Shown: positions 20,747 through 30,785 of the stretch, in pieces | Position numbering within the stretch: position 1 is the first letter of the stretch | How the letters are laid out: the number at the start of each line of letters is the position of its first letter | The notes under the pieces: model-generated | The model's database searches: none | The model's input: only the letters and a program-made list of their open reading frames with translations | Told to the model about the DNA's origin: nothing | DNA from: Ilumatobacteraceae bacterium | Lineage (GTDB): Bacteria > Actinomycetota > Acidimicrobiia > Acidimicrobiales > Ilumatobacteraceae | Direction: 5' to 3' | DNA: 64,000 nt | Assembly (NCBI GenBank): GCA_049433485.1 | Contig: JBMTEX010000001.1 | Span: forward strand, 2,688-66,687 | Program-made: the position numbers and the translations under genes

Positions 20747-22297
20747 TTACTGCGCAGATGTATTTTCCATTGCATCTGAGAGGCCCGCGCGTTGTTTCAG
20801 GGGTATCTCGGGTAACACCAGCGCAATAAAGAAACCAATCGCCATGATCGCAACGCAACACCAATAGATGCGACTAATACCCAGTGCAACGCTGTCAACG
20901 ACTGCTTGTCTCTGCACATCGACCAGCTTTTGAATGTCTGCCGGAGTACGAATCAGACTTGCTGCTTTTTCTGCAGCGATACCAGTGCGTGCTGGGATTT
21001 CACTTCGTATGGTCGAGTTCAGAATTGTTCCAAACACCGCCAAACCCAATGACCCGCCAAGTGAACGGAAGAACATCACTGTTGCAGTTGCGACCCCAAG
21101 GTCGTGAAACTCCACTCCATTCTGACTTGCAATTGAAGTAGACGAAAAAATCGATGCTGAACCAAATCCCATCATCACCATAGGAACAATCAGAAATAAA
21201 TATTTGGTATTGCCGTCAATTTGAGCAATCGCCACCATCCCTAGTCCAGCAACGAATGTTCCGATAATGGGAAATGGTTTGTACCGACCAGTACGAGAAA
21301 TCAAACGCCCAATTCCAAATGTGGCGGAAATAACGCCAACCATCTGAGGTAGTGACCTCAGACCAGATTCAGTGGGTGACAAGAATTGTGAGTCTTGAAA
21401 GAACAATGAGAGGAAGGAACCCGAGCCATAGACAACGGTCCCAGCACACATACCTAGCATTGCGCTTCGGAAGACGACCTTGTTGGAAAACAGTCGCAGA
21501 GGAATCATTGGTTCGGCTGCGCGATTTTCAACAAAAACGAAAACAATGAGCCCAACAATTGAAATCGCAAATAACAGCAACACATGTTGGTCGGTCCAGC
21601 CGGTTCGTCCTTCTTCAAGACCTACCATGAGACTTCCAATTGTGAGCGACAGCAAAGCAGCTCCTGCGTAATCAAGCTTTGCTTCCTTCTTTTTAAATGG
21701 AAGTCGCAATGCGAAGTGTGTGATTGTTCCCACAATGAGAATGAAGGGAACGTTGATCCAGAAGATCCACTTCCATGAATAGTTGTCGATGATGAATCCG
21801 CCTACTAGTGGGCCAAGTAGTGCTGAGCCCACAAATGCCAAAGTGAAATAACCGATGTATCGGCCACGATCACGTGGCGGAATGATGTCGCCGATGACGG
21901 CAAAACTCAAGGCTTGAATTCCGCCACCACCAAGACCTTGAAATGCGCGCGCAGCAATCAATTGCCCCATGGAGTTCGCGGCACCACATAAGAACGAGCC
22001 AATGAGAAAAACAAACATGGTGACTTGAAAAATTCGGCGACGACCGTAAAGGTCAGACAATTTTCCAAGAAGTGGTGTGGCAATGGCCGAGGTGACGATG
22101 TAGCTAGTGCCCACCCAGGCAAAGCTTTCAAAAGAGTTGAAGTCTCCAACAATCTTTGGAAGGGCAGTGGCGATGATGGACGTTTCCAAGTTGGCCAACA
22201 TGGTGGCAGTGGCCAATGCGCCAAGAACTGCCACGAGACGTCCACGCGTAAAGCCCGGAACGGTTGATTCTTGCCCCCAATACCCCATGTCTTTCAC
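20747..22297 (-). CDS. MFS transporter, DHA2 (EmrB/QacA-like, 14-TMS) family
   Basis: GKLSDLYGRRR motif A, many hydrophobic segments, 516 aa. Confidence 0.85.
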   Translation of the reverse strand: MKDMGYWGQESTVPGFTRGRLVAVLGALATATMLANLETSIIATALPKIVGDFNSFESFAWVGTSYIVTSAIATPLLGKLSDLYGRRRIFQVTMFVFLIGSFLCGAANSMGQLIAARAFQGLGGGGIQALSFAVIGDIIPPRDRGRYIGYFTLAFVGSALLGPLVGGFIIDNYSWKWIFWINVPFILIVGTITHFALRLPFKKKEAKLDYAGAALLSLTIGSLMVGLEEGRTGWTDQHVLLLFAISIVGLIVFVFVENRAAEPMIPLRLFSNKVVFRSAMLGMCAGTVVYGSGSFLSLFFQDSQFLSPTESGLRSLPQMVGVISATFGIGRLISRTGRYKPFPIIGTFVAGLGMVAIAQIDGNTKYLFLIVPMVMMGFGSASIFSSTSIASQNGVEFHDLGVATATVMFFRSLGGSLGLAVFGTILNSTIRSEIPARTGIAAEKAASLIRTPADIQKLVDVQRQAVVDSVALGISRIYWCCVAIMAIGFFIALVLPEIPLKQRAGLSDAMENTSAQ

Positions 22298-22350
22298 CGT
22301 AGTCCTCCATATGTGGTGAATGTCTAGGTGGAGGGGTGAGAAACTGAGAC

Positions 22351-22683
22351 ATGGCTGAATCCTCGTCTCATATAGTCACCATTTTTAGAAATCAACTTCG
22401 CGAAGGCGCAGAATCTACGTATTCAGCAGTTGCGCCACGTATATCTGAATTGGCTCGCCAGATGCACGGATTTGTCGATGCGAAGACTTTCGTTGCTTCG
22501 GATGGGGAGCGGGTCACTGTGGTCACGTTTGCAGATGAACAGTCACACAATGCATGGCGTGACCACCCCGAACATCGTGACGTGCAACAACAGGGGATTG
22601 CCGAGTTTTATTCTGAATATTCCATCCAGGTGGCCGCAGTGACGTACAGCAATCGCTTTGTGAATGGTGAGCATCAATCATGA
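22351..22683 (+). CDS. antibiotic biosynthesis monooxygenase (ABM) domain protein
   Basis: 110 aa with a ferredoxin-like ABM pattern (VTVVTFADEQSHNAWRDHPEH). ATGA overlap with tag. Confidence 0.6.
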   Translation: MAESSSHIVTIFRNQLREGAESTYSAVAPRISELARQMHGFVDAKTFVASDGERVTVVTFADEQSHNAWRDHPEHRDVQQQGIAEFYSEYSIQVAAVTYSNRFVNGEHQS

Positions 22684-23309
22684 CTACGGATTGGCTCCAG
22701 TCAGTTAACGCCGAATCGTTTCGCTGTTGGTGGCCCGGTGACGATGCGCCGTATCAGCACTATCACGACACGGAGTGGGGCCGCCCAGTTCATGATGACC
22801 AAAAACTATTTGAAAAATTGTGTCTCGAAGGTTTTCAAGCGGGACTGTCATGGCTGACAATTCTGCGTAAACGTGAAAACTTTCGATCGGCTTTTTGCAA
22901 CTTTGACTACACCGCTGTTGCTGAATTTGTAGAAGCAGATATTGAGAGATTGATGGGCGATGTAGGAATTGTTCGTCACCGCGGAAAGATTGAAGCAGTG
23001 ATCAATAATGCACAGCGCGTGCCAGAACTTATTGACGATGTTGGTTCGTTACACGAATATTTTTGGTCTTTTGCGCCGCTTACTCCTTTTGGCAGAGAAG
23101 AAGTTTCTCAACATCCATCTGGTGTGCCCAGTACGTCGCCATCGGCTACTCGACTATCAAGGGATTTGAAGAAACGTGGATGGAAATTTGTTGGACCAAC
23201 CACCATGTATTCGTTCATGCAATCTATGGGCTTAGTCAATGATCATGTTGAGGGTTGTTGGGTGCGTGAGGAATGTGAACAATTACGTCTAGCGGCGCAC
23301 GCAAGGTAA
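22680..23309 (+). CDS. tag: DNA-3-methyladenine glycosylase I
   Basis: YHDTEWGRPVHDDQKLFEKLCLEGFQAGLSWLTILRKRENFR is the canonical Tag block. Confidence 0.9.
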   Translation: MTTDWLQSVNAESFRCWWPGDDAPYQHYHDTEWGRPVHDDQKLFEKLCLEGFQAGLSWLTILRKRENFRSAFCNFDYTAVAEFVEADIERLMGDVGIVRHRGKIEAVINNAQRVPELIDDVGSLHEYFWSFAPLTPFGREEVSQHPSGVPSTSPSATRLSRDLKKRGWKFVGPTTMYSFMQSMGLVNDHVEGCWVREECEQLRLAAHAR

Positions 23310-23321
23310 TAGCCTCTTCTT

Positions 23322-23753
23322 ATGGGCAAAGAGATTTTTGATAGTTCTTCTGATTGGGTTGCTGACCACATCAAGCGATACGTGGCAACGAACGGAGAAG
23401 ACGGCCACGAATGGAACGGAACGCAGATTCTGCTCATCACAACGACCGGTCGCCAATCCGGAAAACTTCGACGCAGTGCACTCATCTACGGAAGAGACGG
23501 AGACGATTACGTCATTGTCGGATCACGCGGTGGCCACTCGCACCACCCGTCGTGGTATCTGAATCTTGACGCTGATCCGAATGTGACTCTCCAAGTAAAG
23601 GGCGATGTCTTTTCAGCAGTTGCGTCCACAATTGAGGACAAAAGCGATTACCAACGTTTATGGGATGTCATGTTGACGCACTGGCCCGCGTATGCCGAGT
23701 ACCAAGAGAAGACGTCGAGAAGAATTCCACTAGTTCGACTTCGTCGCGCCTAA
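23322..23753 (+). CDS. deazaflavin (F420)-dependent nitroreductase family protein (DDN-like)
   Basis: TTGRQSGKLRRSALIY and HPSWYLNLDADPNV motifs of the DDN/DUF385 family. Confidence 0.75.
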   Translation: MGKEIFDSSSDWVADHIKRYVATNGEDGHEWNGTQILLITTTGRQSGKLRRSALIYGRDGDDYVIVGSRGGHSHHPSWYLNLDADPNVTLQVKGDVFSAVASTIEDKSDYQRLWDVMLTHWPAYAEYQEKTSRRIPLVRLRRA

Positions 23754-24349
23754 TCGCGCGGGTTCAGCAAAATTTCAGCGTTCTGACGGACTTGCCAATC
23801 ACGATCCTCAAGCGCTGCATGTAGAGCAGCATCTACATCATCTCCGTCGAATGGAGCTAGGGCGAGAACTGCTCGTCGTCGCACGGCAGGTTTGTCGGTA
23901 CACGCAGTGAGAATGGCGGGCAGACCGCGTTCATCGCCCAATGAACCGAGTGCGGCTGCACATGCCTCGCGCACGACTGGCTCTTGGTGTTGTACGGCGG
24001 CATGAATGAGTGCCTCAATTTCTTGATTTGTGGGATCAGCTCGTTCACCAAGACACCACGCCGCCATTTCTGCAACGAAGACATCATCGTCGTTCAGAAG
24101 AGGGTGAATGTCGATGGACTGAAAAGGAACAGAAACTTCAACAGCGGTGCGGCGCACTTCTGGTGACGAATCGTTGAGGGCAGTCACTACCTCTACTTCG
24201 CTTACTGCGTTCAGGCGATGAAGTGACCGAAGCGCACTCGCTCGAACTGCATCGTTGTGGTGACGGAGAGCGGCAATAGCAGTGTCGACATCACCAGTGA
24301 ATCCGGCCCTGATGACAGCAAAGCGTTCTGCAGCAGCGTGGTGACTCAT
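23750..24349 (-). CDS. HEAT-repeat protein
   Basis: Repeated D..VR..A..AL units (PBS-lyase HEAT-like repeats) across 199 aa. Confidence 0.6.
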   Translation of the reverse strand: MSHHAAAERFAVIRAGFTGDVDTAIAALRHHNDAVRASALRSLHRLNAVSEVEVVTALNDSSPEVRRTAVEVSVPFQSIDIHPLLNDDDVFVAEMAAWCLGERADPTNQEIEALIHAAVQHQEPVVREACAAALGSLGDERGLPAILTACTDKPAVRRRAVLALAPFDGDDVDAALHAALEDRDWQVRQNAEILLNPRD

Positions 24350-24355
24350 ACCGAT

Positions 24356-24649
24356 TTAATTGCCAACAAGCCCGCCCAGCACTTCGAGTGCAATGGCGAC
24401 TGCAAACCCGAGCACACATGCAATGAGGGCGCCAAGAATGACGGCACCACCCGTGAGCCGGACAAATGCATGCCGACGCTGTTGCCGCTCAGGTTCTTGG
24501 TACAAAGGTGTTGGCTTTTGATCAACGCGCACAGGGATTGGCTTGCGCGGCGTGGCAGGCTTAAGGCGGTCGATAATCCATAGGGCCACGAACGCCAGTG
24601 CAATTGCCCACCCTGCGCGAACAGCGGTACCTGTAGATGACATCATCAT
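24356..24649 (-). CDS. small membrane protein (2 predicted TM helices)
   Basis: The MMMSSTG start at 24649 gives a 97-aa protein with two hydrophobic stretches. The longer ORF would overlap the divergent protease gene. It lies 6 nt upstream of the HEAT gene. Confidence 0.35.
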   Translation of the reverse strand: MMMSSTGTAVRAGWAIALAFVALWIIDRLKPATPRKPIPVRVDQKPTPLYQEPERQQRRHAFVRLTGGAVILGALIACVLGFAVAIALEVLGGLVGN

Positions 24650-24677
24650 TGTCGACAACAAAAAGACCGAGTTACCC

Positions 24678-25835
24678 ATGAATGACGACAGCGTACCCTT
24701 CCCACCGCCACAGAAAACTGCACGGGTCTCCACATTGCGGTGGGTGCTTCCTGTTATCACATTGTCGTGGACGATCATGTTGAGCGTTTTGGTCACGGCG
24801 GCTGTGCGAATTCAACGATGGGAACTGGCGCCTGGTGAAGCAATGGCTGTTTCTCCTCGCATTGGTTTCTCGCCAATAGCTGAAGGTGAGGCGGTTCCAA
24901 ACAGATTCACAGCCGACGATGGCATTCGATTTGTCACTGCATACGGCGGTCAACTTTCCATCTTGGATTCAATTCTCGGGTGGCTTGACCCATATGTACA
25001 GGTGAATACCTATACAGAGCAGTTCGGAGAGCGAACTCCAAGTTCGTCTCGTCGCTTGGGTTATCAAGCGATGTTCGGTGCAAAACAAGTTGCTGAATAC
25101 GTCGCAATGAAGAAACTTGGTCTAGATGCCAAGTTCATTGAAGGCGACATTGTGATTGAAGGACTGGTCTGCGATGGGGCGCCACAAGAGAAGTCGGCGT
25201 GTTCCGAATTAGAAGTGGGCGACACCATTGTTGAAGTAAACGGCACAAAAACGCCAACGTTGTCAGTGCTTTTGGAACTACTTCCAACTTTTTCAATTGG
25301 TGAGGAAGTGACGGTGACCGTGATCCCATATGCGCCACCCACTGGACAATCTCAAGCTCCGCAGAAACGAACAATTGAAATAATGGCAAGCCCGGATAAA
25401 GCTGATCGGCCAATCATCGGATTCATTCCAGCTGATACTCGCGAGGTGCAACTTCCATTTGAGGTCAACATCTCGACACCAGATATTGGTGGTCCATCGG
25501 CTGGGTTGGCTTTTACGTTGTCTCTCCTTGACGAACTCACCAAGGGAAACCTGATGGGGAAGAATAGGGTCGCTGCCACCGGTACGATTAATGAATTAGG
25601 CGCGGTGGGCGCCATCGGGGCGCTTGTTCAAAAGGCCGTGGCGGCGCGAGATGCGGGAATCACCGTGTTCCTTGTCCCGACAGGTCAGTCGGACGAAGAT
25701 GTAAGGAAGGCTCGTGCCGCGGCTGGCAAGGGAGTGGAGATTGTCCAAGTGGCCAGTCTGGATGACGCGCTGAAGGCTCTGCGTGCCCGCGGTGGGGATC
25801 CGCTGCCGGCCCCCCTGTCCGTAGATACCCCGTGA
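24678..25835 (+). CDS. membrane-anchored PDZ domain / Lon-like (S16) serine protease
   Basis: N-terminal TM segment, a PDZ-like segment (GDTIVEVNG) and a Lon proteolytic block DIGGPSAGLAFTLSLLDEL. ATG 24678 chosen. Confidence 0.75.
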   Translation: MNDDSVPFPPPQKTARVSTLRWVLPVITLSWTIMLSVLVTAAVRIQRWELAPGEAMAVSPRIGFSPIAEGEAVPNRFTADDGIRFVTAYGGQLSILDSILGWLDPYVQVNTYTEQFGERTPSSSRRLGYQAMFGAKQVAEYVAMKKLGLDAKFIEGDIVIEGLVCDGAPQEKSACSELEVGDTIVEVNGTKTPTLSVLLELLPTFSIGEEVTVTVIPYAPPTGQSQAPQKRTIEIMASPDKADRPIIGFIPADTREVQLPFEVNISTPDIGGPSAGLAFTLSLLDELTKGNLMGKNRVAATGTINELGAVGAIGALVQKAVAARDAGITVFLVPTGQSDEDVRKARAAAGKGVEIVQVASLDDALKALRARGGDPLPAPLSVDTP

Positions 25836-25912
25836 AATAAGGGGCAGCCAGCAGGCGACCCTGTGGATAATGCCACCATTGGGTCCCTTCAGGGTCGTAC
25901 TGTTGAGATGTC

Positions 25913-27847
25913 ATGGCTATTTCCTTTTCTCGACCCGACCCTTCGTCCCCGGCGGCGGTGGGCTCTGCCTCATTTCCCACGAACCGCCGTGGTTTCGACC
26001 AAGGCGAAGTTCGCGACTTCCTACGTATGGTTGCCGCCGAGTTGGCGCGACTTCAGGAGCGCGAGCGGTTTCTTGAGAATGAACTCCGCACGCTGCAGAC
26101 ACGTGGGATGTCTGCGCCAGGACGCCTCGATGAAGAAACCGTTACCACTCTTTTGGGTGAAGAAGCAGCACGCGTGTTGTCCACTGCGCGCGATGCAAGC
26201 ACACAAATTCGTGAACGCGCTGAAGAGTCTGCAACTCGTCTCGTAAAAGATGCAGCTGAAGATGCCGCGCGAATTCGGGAGTCAGCAAACATCGAGGCAT
26301 CACGCATTCGTGAAGATGCCGCGCATGATGCTGAAGCCGAAATTGAAATGGCCAAGCAACAGGGCCGCGACATGGTGAATGAAGCACGTGCATATCGAGA
26401 AAAGGTCTTGTCTGAATTGTCACGTCGTCGAGATGCTGCGCGTGGCCAAATTGAACAGTTGTTGCACGGTCGAGATCGTTTGTTGAATGCATTTGAACGT
26501 GCACGACTTGCAAGCGAAGATGTCATTAATGGATTAACAGAAGCTCACGATGAGCCTGAATTCATTGTGGATTTGTCGCCAACTACTGGTCCTATTCCAG
26601 TTATCAATCCGGAACATCCGTCTGTAAAACCATTCGATCATGAAGTAGCTGACGAAGAGATTGCAGTGGTAGAAGTTGCCATTGAAGAGCCAGTTATTTT
26701 TGATCACGAAACTGCTGTCATCACCGAAGATGTTCCCGAAGTTCCAACTGTTGAAGAAGTTGTTGAAGTAGAAGTTGAAGTACCTCCTGCAGTGAGCGAG
26801 CGTGAGGAATTCACAGCACCAACTGACACAACAACACATCCGGTTCACGACACTGTTTCTGACTCCACAGAACAAACAAATGTGGTGTCACTTTTCGGAC
26901 GTGGACGTCGTCATGAAGATGTTCCCGAAGTTCCAACTGTTGAAGAAGTTGTTGTAGCTGAACCAGTTGTGGTTGAGGTAGACATCGCAGTCGAAGAAGT
27001 CATTCAAGACCAGGTGGTGAAGCCCCGTACTGCCATTCCTGGTGTGGACGACATCTTTGCCAAACTTCGCGCTGGAAGCACCGCCGACGTTGCTGAAAAA
27101 GTTTCCGAAGCCGAGCCTGTAGTGGCTGAAGAAATCACAGCAGCTCCAGAAGTGCTTGTGCCTCATGTTGTTGAAGCTGACCCTGCTCGTTTCGCTGAAC
27201 GCAACGAAGTTCTTGCACCGTTGGTTGTTGCCATGGCAAGAAAACTCAAGCGCGTTCTCGCTGACGAACAGAATGAGGTGTTGCAGCATCTTCGTTTGAA
27301 GCGGTCTTCATTGGAGATGGATGCATTCCTTGGAAAAGTGGAAGAGCATGCTGCTCGCTACGCCACTGCAGTTGTGGAAGAAACCATGTCGGCCGCAGGT
27401 GCAGGCGCAAAGTCTGTGAAAGCTGCTGGCGGTTCATCAAAGCGAGTCACACAAAAAGCAGTGGCAGCACATGTTGCTGCAAGCGTGGCCGATGGCTTAG
27501 TGGCAGGTTTCCGCGAAGAAGCACGTATTGCAATTGGAGAGGCCGAGGGGGACCGAGAAATCTTGGCCAGCCTCATGCGCGATGTGTACCGCAAGTGGAA
27601 GATGGAACTCATCGACCAGCACGTGGACGACATTGCATATTCGGCCTATAGCAAGGGCGGATTCTTGGCGATGGAAAACACCAGCCGCTTGAGCTGGATG
27701 GTCGACCCAGATGCGCCTTGTTGCAGCGAATGTGAAGACAATTCACTCGCCGGAGCAGTGGCGAAAGGTGAAGCATTCCCCACGGGGCATCAACTTCCAC
27801 CAGCTCACCCAGGGTGCCGCTGTCTGGTTTGCCCAGTTCAGGACTAG
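25913..27847 (+). CDS. DivIVA-domain protein with acidic repeat region and phage Mu F / SPP1 gp7-like C-terminal motif
   Basis: N-terminal FPTNRRGFDQGEVRDFLRMVAAELARLQE (DivIVA), a coiled coil and an E/V/P-rich repeat region. The C-terminus reads LSWMVDPDAPCCSECEDNSLAGAVAKGEAFPTGHQLPPAHPGCRC. Confidence 0.75.
   Translation: MAISFSRPDPSSPAAVGSASFPTNRRGFDQGEVRDFLRMVAAELARLQERERFLENELRTLQTRGMSAPGRLDEETVTTLLGEEAARVLSTARDASTQIRERAEESATRLVKDAAEDAARIRESANIEASRIREDAAHDAEAEIEMAKQQGRDMVNEARAYREKVLSELSRRRDAARGQIEQLLHGRDRLLNAFERARLASEDVINGLTEAHDEPEFIVDLSPTTGPIPVINPEHPSVKPFDHEVADEEIAVVEVAIEEPVIFDHETAVITEDVPEVPTVEEVVEVEVEVPPAVSEREEFTAPTDTTTHPVHDTVSDSTEQTNVVSLFGRGRRHEDVPEVPTVEEVVVAEPVVVEVDIAVEEVIQDQVVKPRTAIPGVDDIFAKLRAGSTADVAEKVSEAEPVVAEEITAAPEVLVPHVVEADPARFAERNEVLAPLVVAMARKLKRVLADEQNEVLQHLRLKRSSLEMDAFLGKVEEHAARYATAVVEETMSAAGAGAKSVKAAGGSSKRVTQKAVAAHVAASVADGLVAGFREEARIAIGEAEGDREILASLMRDVYRKWKMELIDQHVDDIAYSAYSKGGFLAMENTSRLSWMVDPDAPCCSECEDNSLAGAVAKGEAFPTGHQLPPAHPGCRCLVCPVQD
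26726..26765 (+). repeat. 40-bp exact direct repeat, copy 1 (inside the DivIVA gene)
   Basis: gaagatgttcccgaagttccaactgttgaagaagttgttg is identical at 26915-26954. It encodes EDVPEVPTVEEVV. Confidence 0.95.
26915..26954 (+). repeat. 40-bp exact direct repeat, copy 2
   Basis: Identical to 26726-26765, offset 189 bp (in frame). Confidence 0.95.
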
Positions 27848-27858
27848 CGTCCTGATGC

Positions 27859-30780
27859 GTGCGTAACCCCTCAGATCTCCCACCCCGTGGCCCAGGCGGG
27901 CCGCAGTTCAAACTTCCAAAGATTGGCCGACCTTCACGGGGTCGCATTCTTGTCTCTGTCATCGTTGGATTAGTTCTGCTGCTTTCATTCTCTGCGCGTG
28001 GACTCTCAACGTTCTATGTGAATGTGCTCTGGTTCAACAGCGTTGGATTCAGCGATGTGTACTGGGGAATTCTGCGAAGCAAAGTGGAACTCGGTGTCAT
28101 TTTTACGCTTGGCTGTTTTGCATTTCTCTGGCTCAACTTGTTGATTGCAGACAAAGTCGCACCTTTGTCGCTTCCTAATACACCTGAAGATCAAACAGTG
28201 ATGCGAATTCGCGAAGCGACGGCAAAGAGCCGCGGCAAGTTGCGAATTGCACTCGCTTTGTTAATTGGTTTGATGCTGGGTCTTCCAGCAACAGCTCAAT
28301 GGCAAGACTGGTTGATGTTCCGCCATCGTCAAGCATTTGCGGTGGGTGACCCTCTTTACAAAGCGAATGTTGGCTTCTATGTATTCCGGCTTCCATTTGC
28401 ACAGTTCGTTGTTACTTGGGCATTTGGTGCGCTAGTCCTAGTCACCATCATTGTTACCGCATTCCATTTCATTAATGGAAGCATTCGTCCTCAAGATCGA
28501 GTACAGCGTGTTTCTCCGCAAGCAAAAGTACATCTGTCGGTGTTACTTGCTGGTGGAACGTTATTGCGTGCCGCCAATTACTGGTTATCAAAGTACGAGC
28601 TCACGTCGTCGGAGCGCGGAGTTGTTCGCGGCGCGCTTTACACAGACGTAAATGCACAATTGCCCGCACTGAATCTCATGATTCTTGTGTCTCTCGCAGT
28701 CACCGCTTTGTTGATGTGGAATATTCGCCAACGCGGCTGGCGTCTGCCAGCAATGGCAGTTGGCTTATGGGTTGTTGTTGCTCTTGTTGCCGGAACTGTG
28801 TATCCGGCCGTCATTCAGCGATTCGTTGTCCAGCCAAACGTCAGCACACGAGAGATTCCGTTCATTCAGCGAAATATTGAAGCAACAAAGGCTGCGTTAG
28901 GAATTGGAAACGTAGAGCGCGTAGACGCATCGTTCGGTGATATCTCTGCAGATGATGTCACTGTGGACGACGCAGCGTTGCGAGATGTTCGTCAGTTGGA
29001 CCCAGTTCAAATGCGTGATCGTTTCGCTCTTGACCAGGGCCAAACCTCGTTTTATCGCGTCACAGACCTTGACGTTGACCGCTATGCGATTGATGGTCGA
29101 ATTCAACAAGTACTTGTGGCGGCTAGAGAGTTGAACCCAGGTGGTATTCCGAACCGCACATGGGTGTCTCGTCACCTCATCTATACGCACGGTTGTGGAG
29201 TTATTGCAGCCCCAGCGAGCATTGCAACCGATGATGGTCGTCCCTCGTATGTCGATCTGAAGGTGACAAAACCACAGATTTATTTCGGGGACCGTCTTGA
29301 CGGTTATGCCGTTGTGAAAACGGCTCAACAAGAACAAGCCTGTCCAGATATCGCGAAGTCGACTTATTCTGAAAAAGCCGGAATTCGCTTTAATAGCTTT
29401 GTTCGCAAGTTGGCTCTTGCAGTGAACTTCGGCGAGTTCAACCTGTTTGGTTCAAGTTTGATTACAGACGATTCAGAGATTCTCTTGGAACGCGACGTTC
29501 GTGGTCGTCTACAAAAGATTGCGCCGTTCCTTCATTTTGATTCAGACCCATATCCGGTCGTTGTTGATGGTGCGGTCCAGTGGGTAGTTGATGCATTCAC
29601 CACAACAAATCGGTATCCGTATGCACAAACTGCAAATACATCACAACTGAGCGGTGAGAGTGGGTTGAACCATACGTTTAACTACGTGCGCAACAGCGTG
29701 AAAGCCGTGGTCGATGCATACTCAGGCAAAGTCACGCTGTATGTGATGGACACAAAGGATCCCATTATTCGTATGTGGGCCTCCGCGTTCCCGAAGATGT
29801 TCGCAAAGAAGTCGCAAGTACCACCTGCTCTTGCAGCACACTTCCGCTACCCAGAAGATCTCTTCCGAGTACAGACGAACGTGTTTGGTCGCTACCAGTT
29901 TGACGATGCAACTCTCTTCTTTAACCGCGACGCCGCCTGGAGCGTTGCTCAAGCACCCGCCACAGAACCAGAAGGCTCCAACGCAGGTGGCGCAGTCACA
30001 ACTGGTATTCCTGCAGCCGGCGCTGCAGACTCAATCGACGCTGCCGATTCAATTGCTCAAAGATTCAGCCCGTACTACAGCATTTTCCACGCGCCAAGTT
30101 CAGAGACCGACATCGGTGAGTTCTCAATGGTGCGACCTTTTGTACCGTTCTCCGCCGATGACAGTCGTAAGGAATTGCGATCGTTGATGGTGGTCTCGAG
30201 CGATCCGAAAACTTACGGAAAAATCACGGTATACGACGTCAAGACGCCATTGCCGCCTGGGCCTGCAACCGTGGCAGCCGAGTTTGAAAGTGAACCCACT
30301 ATTTCTCAGACCATCACTCCACTAGACCAGCGCGGTTCGCGCGTGAAATACGGAGATTTGCAGTTTGTCCCTGTTGGCAAAGGTCTCGTGTACCTACGCC
30401 CATTGTTCGTGTTGCCGGACAGCGAAGACTCAAAACAAATCTTTGTTCGAAAAGTGTTGGGTTCCTATAACGGTAAGTCTGTTATTGGCAACAGTCTCAC
30501 CGATGTGATTTCGCAATTATTCCCAGGATTCTCAATGAACCTCGGAGATCGTGTGGGTGGAACAACCAATACGGGTTCGACCACAACGATTCCAGGTTCA
30601 ACAGCAACCACGGTTCCATCCACCACTTTGACTCCTACTCAGATGTTGCAACAAGCTGACCGTCTATTTGCAGAAGCCGATGCGGCTCTGGCAAAGACCC
30701 CTCCAGACTTTGCGACGTATCAGTCGAAGACTCAACAAGCGCGTGCGTTGGTGCAAAAAGCACTTGCTGCTATCAGATAG
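27859..30780 (+). CDS. UPF0182 family integral membrane protein
   Basis: 973 aa with an N-terminal multi-TM region followed by a large extracytoplasmic domain. Size and layout match the actinobacterial UPF0182 family, as does its position next to the PDZ protease. GTG start. Confidence 0.8.
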   Translation: MRNPSDLPPRGPGGPQFKLPKIGRPSRGRILVSVIVGLVLLLSFSARGLSTFYVNVLWFNSVGFSDVYWGILRSKVELGVIFTLGCFAFLWLNLLIADKVAPLSLPNTPEDQTVMRIREATAKSRGKLRIALALLIGLMLGLPATAQWQDWLMFRHRQAFAVGDPLYKANVGFYVFRLPFAQFVVTWAFGALVLVTIIVTAFHFINGSIRPQDRVQRVSPQAKVHLSVLLAGGTLLRAANYWLSKYELTSSERGVVRGALYTDVNAQLPALNLMILVSLAVTALLMWNIRQRGWRLPAMAVGLWVVVALVAGTVYPAVIQRFVVQPNVSTREIPFIQRNIEATKAALGIGNVERVDASFGDISADDVTVDDAALRDVRQLDPVQMRDRFALDQGQTSFYRVTDLDVDRYAIDGRIQQVLVAARELNPGGIPNRTWVSRHLIYTHGCGVIAAPASIATDDGRPSYVDLKVTKPQIYFGDRLDGYAVVKTAQQEQACPDIAKSTYSEKAGIRFNSFVRKLALAVNFGEFNLFGSSLITDDSEILLERDVRGRLQKIAPFLHFDSDPYPVVVDGAVQWVVDAFTTTNRYPYAQTANTSQLSGESGLNHTFNYVRNSVKAVVDAYSGKVTLYVMDTKDPIIRMWASAFPKMFAKKSQVPPALAAHFRYPEDLFRVQTNVFGRYQFDDATLFFNRDAAWSVAQAPATEPEGSNAGGAVTTGIPAAGAADSIDAADSIAQRFSPYYSIFHAPSSETDIGEFSMVRPFVPFSADDSRKELRSLMVVSSDPKTYGKITVYDVKTPLPPGPATVAAEFESEPTISQTITPLDQRGSRVKYGDLQFVPVGKGLVYLRPLFVLPDSEDSKQIFVRKVLGSYNGKSVIGNSLTDVISQLFPGFSMNLGDRVGGTTNTGSTTTIPGSTATTVPSTTLTPTQMLQQADRLFAEADAALAKTPPDFATYQSKTQQARALVQKALAAIR

Positions 30781-30785
30781 TTAAT

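Noticed and set aside
24543-24796. Mutually overlapping long forms of ORFs 24356..24796 (-) and 24543..25835 (+)
   Set aside because: Both have internal ATGs (24649 and 24678) that remove the overlap and place the first TM helix near each N-terminus. The extensions have no features.
26534-27289. Repeat-rich E/V/P region considered as a CRISPR-like or tandem-repeat array
   Set aside because: It lies inside a continuous ORF, there are only two exact copies, the spacing is in frame, and there is no repeat-spacer periodicity.
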